Virus record (IMG/VR): IMGVR_UViG_3300037418_003103 | Reading direction: 5' to 3' (one strand) | Origin: a virus | Taxonomy: Duplodnaviria > Heunggongvirae > Uroviricota > Caudoviricetes | DNA: 64,000 bases | Shown: positions 53,801 through 64,000 of the stretch, in pieces | Numbering within the stretch: the first letter of the stretch is position 1 | Layout of the letters: the number at the start of each line of letters is the position of its first letter | Made by a program: the position numbers and the translations under genes | The notes under the pieces: model-generated | The model's database searches: none | The model's input: the letters and a program-made list of their open reading frames with translations, nothing else | Told to the model about the DNA's origin: nothing

Positions 53801-56704
53801 GTCAATATCTACCTCTTTAGAATTTATTACTTGTCTATCATCAGTGACTGTATAGTTTGTAATTCGTGTCGGCGTTGTACCATCAGTTTTTAAAATTTTA
53901 AAATTTCTAGTAGTAGTATCGGTGCTCCACGACTTTTTATTATCTCTTACTCTTTCTAGTTCAAAGCCAATCGGTTTGGTTACAAAAATATCGTTTCGTT
54001 TAGTTGTAATAACATTTTGATTAATCTTGATGTTATCAATCAGAATACTCAAATCAACACACGAGTTATTAATGATAAAACTAAGTTTTATCTTTTTATT
54101 CTTTAATGAATTTATAATATTTGGATCGGTAATTTTAGTATAGAAGCGCAGCCAATTTGAATTGACGGCATTTGTGGAGAGTGACTCTTTAAATAACTCT
54201 TCATTACTGTCACCAGTCAAACCGAACTGATTAAACAAATCAGAAACTATTTTATTCCTAACGTTCTGACAAAAATTTACATTGTTATTATTTTCGAAAA
54301 GACTAATAGGTACAAAATTATCATCTGATATGTATATACCTGTTAAATCTTCTGCCTCACTTAGGTATGAGTATAGATTTCCTTCACCAATCGCTGGAAA
54401 AATATTCTGCTCTAAAACACTTGAATATGTGGTTCCATCGATTCTTTCCAGGTTCAATGAAACATCTAACGATTCAAGCGCCTTGGTTATAGAACCGCAT
54501 GCAGAGGAGTCAACTGAGCTACAGTTAATCCTAAATAAATAATTGAATTCAACCTCAATTTCATTAACGGTATTATCATCAATAATAAAGCTACTTCCGT
54601 CATAACCCTTGGAATTAACGTATATTTTAAAGTTTGTAATAGAGTTACCGCTGCAAGATTCAACGTTATTAAATGCTATGCTCAGTATATTATTACTATT
54701 TCCAGTTTCGCATCCGCAATCGTTATAATACGGGTTCGGTTTAGGGTTTGCAATTATATTTGCATGAAGATTGATACAATCTGAAATATCATTATTAGAA
54801 AGCGTTTTAGCCTCCACGAAAGTCGCGCCAGTGTATCCGTCAATAGTTCCATTAAAGTAATTTGTAAACAGATTTTTAGTCTTTGTTGTCAGTGTCTCCG
54901 AAGAAATGGTTACCGCTGAGAAGTTAGGTATTAGGTTCCTAAATTGATCCATGTACTTGCCGCCGCCATCGTATGGCCCTACATGCGGGTTATTACCATC
55001 CAAGATATCAATATCTGAATTCATACCACCTGTCTCTCTGTACCATAAACCATTGTTTTGAAAGTACATATCGGGTGTGTTAGGCAATGGATTAGGAAAA
55101 CCGTCTGAATCTACGGGATATAAGTCTAAGTCTGAACTTACATTATTTAATATAAGCGCTTTCTCTAGGATATTTGTGTCTATCTGATTCTTAGCCAAAT
55201 AAACATACTCATTAAAGTTGATAAGGCCCTGAGGTGTTCCTATGAACCTAAATAAAAATTCAATTACTTTACGAGTGCTTTTTGATTTCCAAATCCAAGG
55301 TGTGTTTAGTATCAGCCTTCTCCATAATTCTGTGTCAGCTTCAACGGCAGTTAAACCCACGGTATGGCCAGAATATGATGCTGGTTTTCTTGTCACATAA
55401 TTTTTTAATAGATCGTTTTCTAATACTGAGGACACCAAGTCCCATCCAAGAATACGAGCAAGGCTCTTAACATATATATCAGGAGTATTATCCTTCTTAT
55501 CATATGTTACAGTATTTGCAAACTCAATGCCTGTAATAAACTTATTAATATCATCAAATTCTCTACCGTACACGTTCAGGATCTTGTTCATTTTGCCGCC
55601 AGAGGTATCCTCACTGAGAGAATCTAAGAAAACTGGCATTGTATCAAAAGATGAAATTGACTCAGTAACTAAGAACCTGGTCATTAAGTTGGATGATATT
55701 TCATCTGAACTTATTGCAATGTCCAAAAGATTATTTGCATAATCTTCATATCTTGTTGTGTCAAAATCTATATTATAACCATCACTTACTGGCCAAGTCA
55801 GGGTTCGTTGTGTTAGTAAAACAGAACCTAGATCCGTCTTAACTGAATAATTAAATGTAGCCGTAAATTTAGGTATAATTTTCCTATTTAATAAATTAAG
55901 CTGAAAGTCATCCAACTTATTAAAAAATAATTCTTCTTCTATTTTTTTTGGCTTTATATGGAAATCAATATATCCGTTCACACCTATAAACGGATTTCCA
56001 TTTATTTGGATCAGCAAATAGCCATTTATATCGGTAGCGCCCGTAAGCCCTATAATATCAAATTCAGTATTATTTACTAAAATACTATAATTAGAATAAC
56101 TCACAACCAAATTTCTTAGGTCATTGGTCGCATTATAGGTATTTAAAATGCTACCATTTTTTAAAAAATTGATTCCGAACTTATTATTTATTACCTGAGC
56201 ATCAACTCTAAATGTTGCTACGTTTGTCAGTGAATCATATATGTAATTTTGATATGTAAGGCCACTAACAGGCGCCAAATTAATGATTGAGTTAACGTTC
56301 GGATTTACATACAGCGAAGCTGGCCAATTAGTTATAATTCCCTCTAATGAAATTCTTAAATATTCACTTAATGACCCAAATAATGCAAATCTATTAACAT
56401 TTGTCGAATCCAAGTTTAATGATACATTAGCGTTATTTGAGAGAAGGCTGATAGTTTTTTCAACCGTCAAATCAAGATCACTCAATGTAACGAAATTAGA
56501 AAATTTCTTAGTGTTAAATAATTTACTTAATCTATCATCAAAATTAGTGGTGATAGCGAAATTTCCTGATGTAAATATGGGTGATCCTCCGTCTGTGGTT
56601 TGTTGTAAACCAACTAAATCAGGAGTAAAATTACGATACTCAATATTTGACCCAAAGAATTTCTTTTGCGCATATCCAACAACCTTGATTCTATCGTTCG
56701 CCAT
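50855..56704 (-). CDS. large baseplate/tail protein (1949 aa)
   Basis: Baseplate-wedge-like WKSK.TR..IEFL region, two repeated domains, Thr-rich linkers. Confidence 0.75.
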   Translation of the reverse strand: MANDRIKVVGYAQKKFFGSNIEYRNFTPDLVGLQQTTDGGSPIFTSGNFAITTNFDDRLSKLFNTKKFSNFVTLSDLDLTVEKTISLLSNNANVSLNLDSTNVNRFALFGSLSEYLRISLEGIITNWPASLYVNPNVNSIINLAPVSGLTYQNYIYDSLTNVATFRVDAQVINNKFGINFLKNGSILNTYNATNDLRNLVVSYSNYSILVNNTEFDIIGLTGATDINGYLLIQINGNPFIGVNGYIDFHIKPKKIEEELFFNKLDDFQLNLLNRKIIPKFTATFNYSVKTDLGSVLLTQRTLTWPVSDGYNIDFDTTRYEDYANNLLDIAISSDEISSNLMTRFLVTESISSFDTMPVFLDSLSEDTSGGKMNKILNVYGREFDDINKFITGIEFANTVTYDKKDNTPDIYVKSLARILGWDLVSSVLENDLLKNYVTRKPASYSGHTVGLTAVEADTELWRRLILNTPWIWKSKSTRKVIEFLFRFIGTPQGLINFNEYVYLAKNQIDTNILEKALILNNVSSDLDLYPVDSDGFPNPLPNTPDMYFQNNGLWYRETGGMNSDIDILDGNNPHVGPYDGGGKYMDQFRNLIPNFSAVTISSETLTTKTKNLFTNYFNGTIDGYTGATFVEAKTLSNNDISDCINLHANIIANPKPNPYYNDCGCETGNSNNILSIAFNNVESCSGNSITNFKIYVNSKGYDGSSFIIDDNTVNEIEVEFNYLFRINCSSVDSSACGSITKALESLDVSLNLERIDGTTYSSVLEQNIFPAIGEGNLYSYLSEAEDLTGIYISDDNFVPISLFENNNNVNFCQNVRNKIVSDLFNQFGLTGDSNEELFKESLSTNAVNSNWLRFYTKITDPNIINSLKNKKIKLSFIINNSCVDLSILIDNIKINQNVITTKRNDIFVTKPIGFELERVRDNKKSWSTDTTTRNFKILKTDGTTPTRITNYTVTDDRQVINSKEVDIDISIAKAIESDVWSYISDNPCILTGNTINLESNICSSMSVYTAVTRDTILTSTTVVTSTTVTSGVTEVTSKTVSSIEFTCPTGYSLTPNKDKCEQILTIQATFNSYGPIIVAGDKNPTHFGIYGAWFFPQINTDLTSDLSLHYTGDTQNLVGNNGVVYSPTNVSNNSFWGSHGTDSGRLNEVGILPTDNEWAGFTHCLNIDTPGVYYVGIGADNFCQFSLNGVMIFDTGNVYPWMNSFQAWNVFPIYLNSGTNIIEMKGQNLGTRTSTNTGSFGAEIYKPTSFAALTAATTIEQTGVIFSTKDKIGLRFDVGETVGYSCPTSPVLYKLSTCSSSGYECIHIDIADVTEQSVDTILTGTTVVYSDVVVTGNSIVVGTAVVTGITYTTGTTEYCCNCNTKFEEVSFPVITGRTYVTTSTIPVLTQTQIPQVVITANTDITTSIEITSSTATTITYSCPSGYSATPANDACKKILETTATFNGSGSKIVIGDTSTNYSIATYFFPQIDLNSSVLPFHYGNDDNYGKLIDQSGGILSNDFQLSSSFWGTDNTINGRLNSAGILAYQDEWVGFSECVNIPESGTYYVGIGADNFCQVTINEVLIFDTGILTASTSNFNIWTVFPIHLDSGANIIKMLGRNESGPTNGNPSAFAAEIYHPTNLAALTAATNTVDAGVIFSTLSKRGKYFDVGTTVGYSCPTSYSPVSCTEDGGIICRSIIVTGITAQQTETTITGETVVTDQVTVTGETTIYTVVQTYTDKVISGVTTETGVTTLNIVNVVCGDNDNGFSCGDNHFNISSLVTEPINELSVIDDFQKQFVGELIDAKSRQTISSYPTLRSVYDRYLNSEEYCNKVSSKFNYSSMDAFTKLIGNYWNDLIEQVIPSTTIWGATKIFTNTIFDMQKFQYKRYTLEFGDDNYGDGSVLSPCNGNEDIDITTSIIMGDVSASLIPNFNIGTYKKVYIKQLNIGSEFIGRVITESNSKFISNV

Positions 56705-57627
56705 TATACAGTAGTAATTGTTTTAAATTCTTTACCAAAGTCTACATTATCTTTTTCCTCCTTAATTTCAAATAAAGGAACTCCAGTAAACTTATCTTTA
56801 ATTTCATATAAATCATATTGTTTATATATTTCATTTGCAAAATTATAAACAGTATACACACCGTCTTCAAGTGATTTAGTCTGATTACCATAAAGGCTAT
56901 AAGCAAGCGTCTCAATGTCGTGCTGAACCATTTCTACTTCCACAACGGTTGGGTTAAAGAATGTATTGGTTATGATCACTTCCTGATTAGGCTGTCCTAT
57001 GTACGGTTGAGCGTTAGGTGTTATACTAGACGCCGAACTAGGAGAAACTGTACAAAATACAAGGCTTGAATTATCGTTTAATCTATATCTGATTGCTTTT
57101 TGATTTGTGTTGGTTAAGTTCTGGTTAACAGGCTCTGCTCTGTTGTTAGACGTAATAATTCTAAAGAAGTTATTCACTTTTGCATCTGTCACATTTGAAT
57201 TGGTACTCAGGTACTCTATTCTATACCCTACTAAGCCATTGTTATCAAACCTGCTTGTAAAATTAGCGGGTAGCGTGCTGGTATCAAAGAGGATTCCCTT
57301 AGTATCAGGAAGTGCTGATAAAACGCCTGTATCAATTATTTTTGTTCTGATTTCGACTGGTTTAATAATAATTGTATAAAAGCCTTTCACACCAAATACG
57401 GAAGCAGGCAATTTAAGCGTATATAAGCCACTAAATGATTCAAAGCCACTAATACCTGACTGGACCTTATTAGGGTTGTCCATGCGCACCAAAACCTCAT
57501 TAGAATCCAATTTAATCAGACTCTGGTTTCCAACCTGATCACGAGATGGCGTAAAATGATAAAATATCTCAACATCATCTGGTGAAACATCTGCACCTCT
57601 AGTTATACCGTAAATTCCTTGGCTCAT
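56704..57627 (-). CDS. virion structural protein
   Basis: 307 aa, in structural operon. Confidence 0.65.
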   Translation of the reverse strand: MSQGIYGITRGADVSPDDVEIFYHFTPSRDQVGNQSLIKLDSNEVLVRMDNPNKVQSGISGFESFSGLYTLKLPASVFGVKGFYTIIIKPVEIRTKIIDTGVLSALPDTKGILFDTSTLPANFTSRFDNNGLVGYRIEYLSTNSNVTDAKVNNFFRIITSNNRAEPVNQNLTNTNQKAIRYRLNDNSSLVFCTVSPSSASSITPNAQPYIGQPNQEVIITNTFFNPTVVEVEMVQHDIETLAYSLYGNQTKSLEDGVYTVYNFANEIYKQYDLYEIKDKFTGVPLFEIKEEKDNVDFGKEFKTITTV

Positions 57628-57718
57628 TATATTTTATTTTAAAAGTCTAATTTAACTCATGTTATTGAATAACAAACTTGGCCGCTCTTTTTTAACTCAT
57701 AAGATTTATTCATGACAC

Positions 57719-58441
57719 TTATATTTTATTTATGTTGTAGAGTCCGTTTCCATACTTCACGAGTTCGTCAAGAGTTCTTATTTCACCAAGCATTAAATGT
57801 TTGTCAAGTACACTCGTTACCCCTCTATCAATAAATACATCACTTTTAACTTCTGGCGGGGAAATTATACCAAAAAGATACTCCTCTTTGGTAAGAGCCG
57901 AGTAAGAAGTGTTCGTACTATTCCATCCCTCACCCTGGTAGTCGATGGACGTTACAGGAATAGATGAATTATCTAATGTCAGTCTGTTTTCATTTAAGTA
58001 ATCTGTATACAATATTCCTGTAGTCTGTCCAGTTGTTCCTATATAAGGATCATTCTGATTTGTTCCAATAGTATAAACGTTTTTATCATTGCTTAATTCT
58101 GTTACTCTATCTACTCCATTAATTATACTACCCTGATGATTAATGTAAACTTCGCTGTTGGTGTTAAATCCAATGATGAAAGGCTGAGTTGACTTATACG
58201 TCCTTAGATCCTCAATCAATGACTCAGTATAGCCTGTTACTCTTACACCGTCGCTAAAATAATCAGAAGCAAGTTTAGAAGTTTGATCAACAGGAATATC
58301 AGTAAAGAGTCCTGCATCATCTATATTTTGTGTTAAAAACACGTTTAAATAAAACGTAGATGCTGTTAAAGTCCCATACTTAGGCCCATTACTCCTATCA
58401 ATGCTATCTTCTAATAATATTTTTCTTTTTATAGTATACAT
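57719..58441 (-). CDS. virion structural protein
   Basis: 240 aa, in structural operon. Confidence 0.65.
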   Translation of the reverse strand: MYTIKRKILLEDSIDRSNGPKYGTLTASTFYLNVFLTQNIDDAGLFTDIPVDQTSKLASDYFSDGVRVTGYTESLIEDLRTYKSTQPFIIGFNTNSEVYINHQGSIINGVDRVTELSNDKNVYTIGTNQNDPYIGTTGQTTGILYTDYLNENRLTLDNSSIPVTSIDYQGEGWNSTNTSYSALTKEEYLFGIISPPEVKSDVFIDRGVTSVLDKHLMLGEIRTLDELVKYGNGLYNINKI

Positions 58442-59286
58442 TATAATACTTGAATTGGATACAAATTAATTTCAACACTAGAATCATTTAGCGCTTCCGT
58501 GTACTTAACATTTGATGAATATTTATCATCTATTTGGTAATAAAACCCTGTCTGATCCCTATATAATATATATCTAGTGTATAATTTATTTACTAAAATA
58601 TCTATCGGAAAAGCCTGTCCCTCGGTCATTAAATTAAACGCTTTGCCTGTTTTAGCATTATTAAAACTAGCCCTCATGTAAAGATATTTAGGGTATCCAA
58701 TTTTAAAATCACTCTTATAATCATAAATGCTATATCCTTCAGCCACACCTTCTGGATTAGTTACTGGATTACTGAGTACAAATCTAACAGGTATTTGTGA
58801 CGCTGGCTTAGTGCGTCCTGGAATGCCATCCGTTGATTTGATTGGGTAGATGTCATCTGCTGTTAGCATTGTATAGATGGTAAGTGAGGTGACTAAATTT
58901 TGATTTAGAGCTATATCAGAATCAAAAAATTGACACGACAAATAGGTCTTAGTAAAATAATTTTTTTTAAATCTGATATCTGAATCAATAAATCCTATGT
59001 CAGAATAATGAGTTAATGGCAACGCATTCTTATCATTATCAATTGTGTTTAACACATATTTTATATAGGAAACTCCATTATTTAAAAGTGTTTTAGGTGT
59101 AAACCTAACTCTTTCATAATCAATTATGGGATTTATCGCTTTTTGTGTCTCTGTTTCAACAAACACATTTTCTATTAAGTCAGAATTGTCAACTAATTGA
59201 TGCTCCACGGTTATCGGAACATTTATAGTTGTCGCCGAACTACTTAAAAACGTATTTAAATTAATAGCAAATCTGTTAACAATCAT
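58441..59286 (-). CDS. virion structural protein
   Basis: 281 aa, in structural operon. Confidence 0.65.
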   Translation of the reverse strand: MIVNRFAINLNTFLSSSATTINVPITVEHQLVDNSDLIENVFVETETQKAINPIIDYERVRFTPKTLLNNGVSYIKYVLNTIDNDKNALPLTHYSDIGFIDSDIRFKKNYFTKTYLSCQFFDSDIALNQNLVTSLTIYTMLTADDIYPIKSTDGIPGRTKPASQIPVRFVLSNPVTNPEGVAEGYSIYDYKSDFKIGYPKYLYMRASFNNAKTGKAFNLMTEGQAFPIDILVNKLYTRYILYRDQTGFYYQIDDKYSSNVKYTEALNDSSVEINLYPIQVL

Positions 59287-60925
59287 TACTTGACAGGTTT
59301 ATTTTAAAATTATCACTAAGTGTGTTCCCAATAGGATCGCCAGGGAATTTTGAAAAAAATAAACCCCAATTATCAAATGGATCTTGTCTTCTAATATGAA
59401 TCGTATAATTTTTATAAATATAATGACAACCGTTTAAAAATGGATAGTTAACATCATCTGTCTGGCCGTCATTCACTCCAATATCAAGTAAATCTCTCCA
59501 TAAAAATCTTCCATCGCCTAAATCAGTCTTATAAAATGGCATTCCTACAGTATTTTTATCACCCTGTTCTATATAAGAAGAAAAATTTCTAATCTTTATT
59601 AAATCGTGTGCATTGTAATAATAACCTTCATGCCTTGGGCCAGGAATAATAGCATTTCCACTAGTTTCTCTATCAAGAGTATTAAATCTATGTTGAACGC
59701 GAGCCAGAACAATTTCTTTTAGTTCATAGGTATTGTACTCCACAACATCACCATAGAATTCATTTGAATCAATATCAATGTCTTCTTCTAAAGGAATATG
59801 CGAGTTAAACGGAAATGATTCTCCATTGTGAATCCTTTGAATGATTGGAACTCTTTTTAAGTAACTAAGATTACTTGCTAAATTTGATATAAAAGGAGCT
59901 TCTATACCAGAAGAAACTCGGCTAAACATTCCATTTCCATTTGTTTTAATCTTAGTCAAAAATAATTCACTAAGAGGTCTTCCAAGGTTATCCACTAAAT
60001 TACTTATATCAATATCTTCATTAAACGAAAACTGAGAAACAGTATCAGTATATATATTTTCACTAAAAGCAAGAGCGCTTATTTCATAATCATCATTCTC
60101 AATTACATTAGTACTTCTAGTTTTTATTTTTTTGAATTTTCTAAAATAATACTCTGAAGGGTTCCCATTAACTATTCTTGTTGCCCTAGTATCGCTGTTA
60201 ATAGTTACTTTCGATGCATCAGCCTGTATACAAAAATAATATTCTGCTAAATCTCCGTTATCCAGGCCAAGTCTGATCACTTCGTAATCTCCCTCATCAA
60301 CCACACCTTTTAATCTTACTATATTTCCAACTGATAAATTATGAATAACTGGCGTAGCCAATGCTATTACTTCTTTACCACCAAAATTAACTATTTTTTT
60401 ATCTACTATAATTAATCCATCCTTTACCAGGTAATGATCCTTATCACTCTCTGAGGGATACGTGATGGTCAGGTTCCAATTCATAGCGTCTATGATATTA
60501 TTTCTCGTGAGATAAAAATATTCTCTTCTTGGCTCCATATCTATAAAATTACAAATACTAGCCCCTTTGACAGGATTAAGAAAACCAAACCATCCATCAA
60601 TTTCTTTTAAATTATTCTTTATTGAATCATCTAAGGTTACAATTGAATCATTTTTAAATAAGTCATTATTTAGATATTCCCAAGAATTAACTCCATTGAT
60701 GTTAAAGAGAGCATTGGAAGCAATTGGGTTGATACTGCCAAACAATCTATAAAAAGTACTGGCTTGCCTCTCTTTGTTAAATTGTTCACCAATGTCAATA
60801 ACTTTATTTATTTCATTTGTTGGAAGAATCTTATTTGATTGGACCAAGCCTAAATTAATGAATGAATCAGAATTTACAGATTCTTTTGATTTATCTTCAC
60901 CAAGTATTTGTTGTATTCTATCCAA
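59276..60925 (-). CDS. virion structural protein
   Basis: 549 aa; TTG start. Confidence 0.65.
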   Translation of the reverse strand: MDRIQQILGEDKSKESVNSDSFINLGLVQSNKILPTNEINKVIDIGEQFNKERQASTFYRLFGSINPIASNALFNINGVNSWEYLNNDLFKNDSIVTLDDSIKNNLKEIDGWFGFLNPVKGASICNFIDMEPRREYFYLTRNNIIDAMNWNLTITYPSESDKDHYLVKDGLIIVDKKIVNFGGKEVIALATPVIHNLSVGNIVRLKGVVDEGDYEVIRLGLDNGDLAEYYFCIQADASKVTINSDTRATRIVNGNPSEYYFRKFKKIKTRSTNVIENDDYEISALAFSENIYTDTVSQFSFNEDIDISNLVDNLGRPLSELFLTKIKTNGNGMFSRVSSGIEAPFISNLASNLSYLKRVPIIQRIHNGESFPFNSHIPLEEDIDIDSNEFYGDVVEYNTYELKEIVLARVQHRFNTLDRETSGNAIIPGPRHEGYYYNAHDLIKIRNFSSYIEQGDKNTVGMPFYKTDLGDGRFLWRDLLDIGVNDGQTDDVNYPFLNGCHYIYKNYTIHIRRQDPFDNWGLFFSKFPGDPIGNTLSDNFKINLSSNDC

Positions 60926-60940
60926 GTTTATAAATTTTTA

Positions 60941-63900
60941 TTAACCAGTCACTGCTTCTGATTCACAACCAGTGCTATCAGTAATACTTGCTGTTAATGT
61001 TTTATTATGATCTACAATAATTCCTGTACCTGTGTATGGCGGAATACCATATCCGCTCCTTGCACTTACTGTATGTGTATATATGCCTGTTGGTAAACGT
61101 TTTGTGCTAATTACTGCTATAGGTTTAGAATTAGTTTTCACTGTCACAGTCTTAACTAAGGTCTGCATTCCAGAATCAGTAATGATTATTGTATATATGC
61201 CTGCCGATAAAGAATAATCTGAGGAGACATCAATTTCATTACCATCAAAATCGGTTGATTTGACTGTATAAGGCTTAGTTCCACCACTAATAGAAACATC
61301 AATATGACCATTTCCATCTTCGCCACATTTAGAGTCAGTAACAATTACATTACAAAATAATTTATCAGGCGCTTTAACATCAACAGTTGTAGTGTAGTTT
61401 TGAACTGGATTAGTTGAGTCTGTAAAAACAAATGTATTTATTCCAAACGGTACTTCATTTAATATATCGCCTTGTTTAATGCTCATAACTTTTGAAGTAT
61501 TATCTGGCTTCGTGTAAGTAAGGGTGTATGGTGCCTTGCCGCCAACAATTGCATATATTAAAATCTGACCATCGTTTGACGTCTGAGTCGTAGCGTTTTT
61601 ATTGATCTGTAGATAACAAGCTAACGCACCTGGAAGGCCTACTGTTACTGTTTTTTCCTGAGAATTACCTTTCAGGTCTGAAACAACTATTTTATACTCA
61701 CCATTCCTTAATCCGCTAATCATTCCGCTGCTTCCTACGGTTGGTCCGCTTGTATAATTTATTCCGCTCCACGTATAAGTATAAGGTTCAGTTCCGCCAA
61801 TAAAATTGAACGTTATGCTTCCATCGCTAGCATTTTCTGCTGTAACTGGTGTAAAACTACTCTCTATTATAAAATCATCTGAAACAGTTTTTGTACACTT
61901 GGTAAAGAATCTACTATTCATTTTATCCAATGCAGTTTTTCCTGGGTGTAGTCCGAAATAAAAAAAGAATGAGCCGCCAAGAGGTTGTTGATATGTTCCA
62001 CTGGCTGCGGGATAATAACTCCTAAATTTATCATAGGCTATGCCATTTACTTGCTTGAATCTACTATCAGAAACATTAAATGATGTTCCAAAGACTGGAG
62101 TGTTTATATCGCCAGTAAAACCAATATTATTTCCGTTAAGATTCAATCCATAAAACAAAAGTCCACCAGAGGGGTCATTCACTATCGGTGTGATCAGGCC
62201 TCCGCTTCCACCAGTAACAGGTATAAATCCATCTGTTAAAGAAAATACTGAAGTACCACTAATATTTAACCCATAAAACATGTTTCTTACGAATTTATTG
62301 GTACTATTTATGACATCAACAGGATCTGTTACATCATAAATGTCATTCAAACCAACAGTACAGTCAGCACCTGGCAAATCATTTCCTATTTCACATATTT
62401 TTCTAATATTACTACAATTACCCTCATCCAAACGAACACCACTACAATCTATTGTAAAAAAAACGCCATTTCCTGATGTTCTATTAGTAACGTTCGTCAT
62501 TCCACATACTACCGATCCATCATCCTCTGATTCAGTAATTACAGGAGGAAGTTTAAAACTAGTGGGTAATAAATATTGCTGTATTTTTGGCATTCCTTGC
62601 CAATCACAATCAAAGATAGAACCCAGGCTAATAATATCTGTGGCAAATAATCTAAATTTTCCATTATGCACAATGGGGCTATAATAAAGTACTTCATTAT
62701 AATCGCTTATAAATCCGTCCGAAAGGCTAACAGTATTATATGTCTTTTGATGGGAATCGTCAGACGGGTCAACACCGTTTCCTGTGCATGAATCAAGTAA
62801 TAACTTGCTATTACAATTGTTCTTATCAATAGAATCAGGAAAATCAGTGCAATCATACTCACAAAATTTTTCACTTCCTTTTCTTTTTTTCTTATATTTT
62901 AAGCTATAAGCATATAAACTTCCGTTAATCCAATCATTATAAAAATCAAGTTCAAAAACATCCAAATCTTCAGCTAAAACTGCTGATAAGCAATCAACAA
63001 AAACATCTGTTTTAACGCCATTACATTTCTTTGCGCCAACAATATAATCTATTTTTGGATCGGATGGACAAGTTAAGGGTATTGGTTCCACACTGCCAAA
63101 AATACGATTGCCTAGTATTTTTATATTATGAATAAAACATAATATCCCATTTAATACTGAAACAAACGTCGCAATTATAGAAACTAATATACATATAACT
63201 GAAAATATAGGACTGACATTAGTATCCATCCTATTATATGGAAATGGATTTTTTTCACCTGAGCACTTGGCCAAATCTTTCATGCCCAACGTATTCCTGT
63301 TGTCAACGCCGCCAGAGTTTTGAATTCTTGGTATGAAGCTCTTGATAGAATAAATCTTATTCCAATATAGATCAACAAAACTTGAATCCTTGGTTGTTTT
63401 ATCAAATGAAAAATCTCTATCCTCAAATTTTTCTGGATTATGAGGTATTAAAAATTTAGCACGGGTTCTTAATCGTCCAACGTCTCCTTTTTCATCCAAG
63501 CCAACTCTAAATCTGACGCGAGTTCTTGTTGGTACGCCCTTACTCTTATCGTCGGTTAAAATAAGATTGCCAAACTCATCTGTAACCATATAATCTAGAT
63601 TCATTGGGACCTGGTATGCCCATACTCCGTCGTCATCAATAACACGTCCGCCTTCCACATTATACTCCTCTATTCCTCCGTCATCAGTTTTTCTAATCAT
63701 TTCAACACTGCCAGCGCCAGTATTTGTTTCACAAATATTGCCCATTTTTTTTCTTGGGCGACAATTTTTATTAACACTATTTTTTTCGCTGTCTCCAAAA
63801 ATACTTCCCATGAAAATAGCTGCAGGTTTAATATCATAGTTAATGTCCACATCTACTCTAGATATACCAATTTCGAAATTATCTGTATCTCCCCAGAATG

Positions 63901-64000
63901 GAAGAACGTTTACACCTGTATTGATACTCTTAACTTGCGGAAGACTATCAAGATTTGTACTGGATTTAAATTTAGTAGATGTATCAAATAATTTATCTGA
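60941..64000 (-). CDS. large structural protein with C-terminal SprB-like repeats (5' end outside window)
   Basis: Frame open to window edge; GGT.PYT repeats with DG.I and YxxxxxD. Confidence 0.7.
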   Translation of the reverse strand, partial: SDKLFDTSTKFKSSTNLDSLPQVKSINTGVNVLPFWGDTDNFEIGISRVDVDINYDIKPAAIFMGSIFGDSEKNSVNKNCRPRKKMGNICETNTGAGSVEMIRKTDDGGIEEYNVEGGRVIDDDGVWAYQVPMNLDYMVTDEFGNLILTDDKSKGVPTRTRVRFRVGLDEKGDVGRLRTRAKFLIPHNPEKFEDRDFSFDKTTKDSSFVDLYWNKIYSIKSFIPRIQNSGGVDNRNTLGMKDLAKCSGEKNPFPYNRMDTNVSPIFSVICILVSIIATFVSVLNGILCFIHNIKILGNRIFGSVEPIPLTCPSDPKIDYIVGAKKCNGVKTDVFVDCLSAVLAEDLDVFELDFYNDWINGSLYAYSLKYKKKRKGSEKFCEYDCTDFPDSIDKNNCNSKLLLDSCTGNGVDPSDDSHQKTYNTVSLSDGFISDYNEVLYYSPIVHNGKFRLFATDIISLGSIFDCDWQGMPKIQQYLLPTSFKLPPVITESEDDGSVVCGMTNVTNRTSGNGVFFTIDCSGVRLDEGNCSNIRKICEIGNDLPGADCTVGLNDIYDVTDPVDVINSTNKFVRNMFYGLNISGTSVFSLTDGFIPVTGGSGGLITPIVNDPSGGLLFYGLNLNGNNIGFTGDINTPVFGTSFNVSDSRFKQVNGIAYDKFRSYYPAASGTYQQPLGGSFFFYFGLHPGKTALDKMNSRFFTKCTKTVSDDFIIESSFTPVTAENASDGSITFNFIGGTEPYTYTWSGINYTSGPTVGSSGMISGLRNGEYKIVVSDLKGNSQEKTVTVGLPGALACYLQINKNATTQTSNDGQILIYAIVGGKAPYTLTYTKPDNTSKVMSIKQGDILNEVPFGINTFVFTDSTNPVQNYTTTVDVKAPDKLFCNVIVTDSKCGEDGNGHIDVSISGGTKPYTVKSTDFDGNEIDVSSDYSLSAGIYTIIITDSGMQTLVKTVTVKTNSKPIAVISTKRLPTGIYTHTVSARSGYGIPPYTGTGIIVDHNKTLTASITDSTGCESEAVTG

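Noticed and set aside
3300-62684. Many short plus-strand ORFs in the track (e.g. 36490..36834, 36925..37341, 56283..56714)
   Set aside because: Antisense shadows of long minus-strand genes with Ser/Leu/Phe-biased composition.
1-64000. Stop-codon reassignment (code 15 or 4)
   Set aside because: Long genes are intact in the standard code, TAG and TGA terminate conserved genes, and no suppressor tRNA was seen.

Overview
AT-rich (~30% GC) fragment of a large (jumbo-type) tailed phage genome, almost all encoded on the minus strand in the standard genetic code. The host is probably Bacteroidota, judged from repeated TAnnTTTG -7 promoter boxes, a SigA-like sigma factor, an Hc1-like histone protein and SprB-like repeats. 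Layout: 0-11.5 kb accessory and anti-defence genes (2H phosphodiesterase, ADP-ribosyltransferases, RNA ligase, HD hydrolase, endolysin/holin, SpeD); 11.5-17.5 kb tRNA array with homing endonucleases; 18-35 kb methylase, dNMP kinase, ClpP, DnaJ, putative head proteins and lysis genes; 35-44.6 kb sigma factor, SbcC, a fractured SbcD, exonuclease, primase and resolvase; 44.7-64 kb tail/baseplate proteins. The best candidate for an undescribed system is the tRNA array. It is headed by an unannotated 32-codon leader ORF plus terminator/antiterminator, and leader codons 2-19 include a cognate codon for every intact downstream tRNA, suggesting a tRNA-depletion-sensing attenuator. The array also holds two paralogous small basic proteins, each behind an identically spaced uORF-hairpin ending in UAG or UGA; two 8/4-type tRNAs; a D-armless Ile(UAU)-like RNA followed by an HDV-like (theta) ribozyme; a CCA-ended minihelix; and a ~240-nt structured RNA enclosing a tRNA with a 9-nt anticodon loop. 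All assignments come from reading the sequence by eye; no searches were run.
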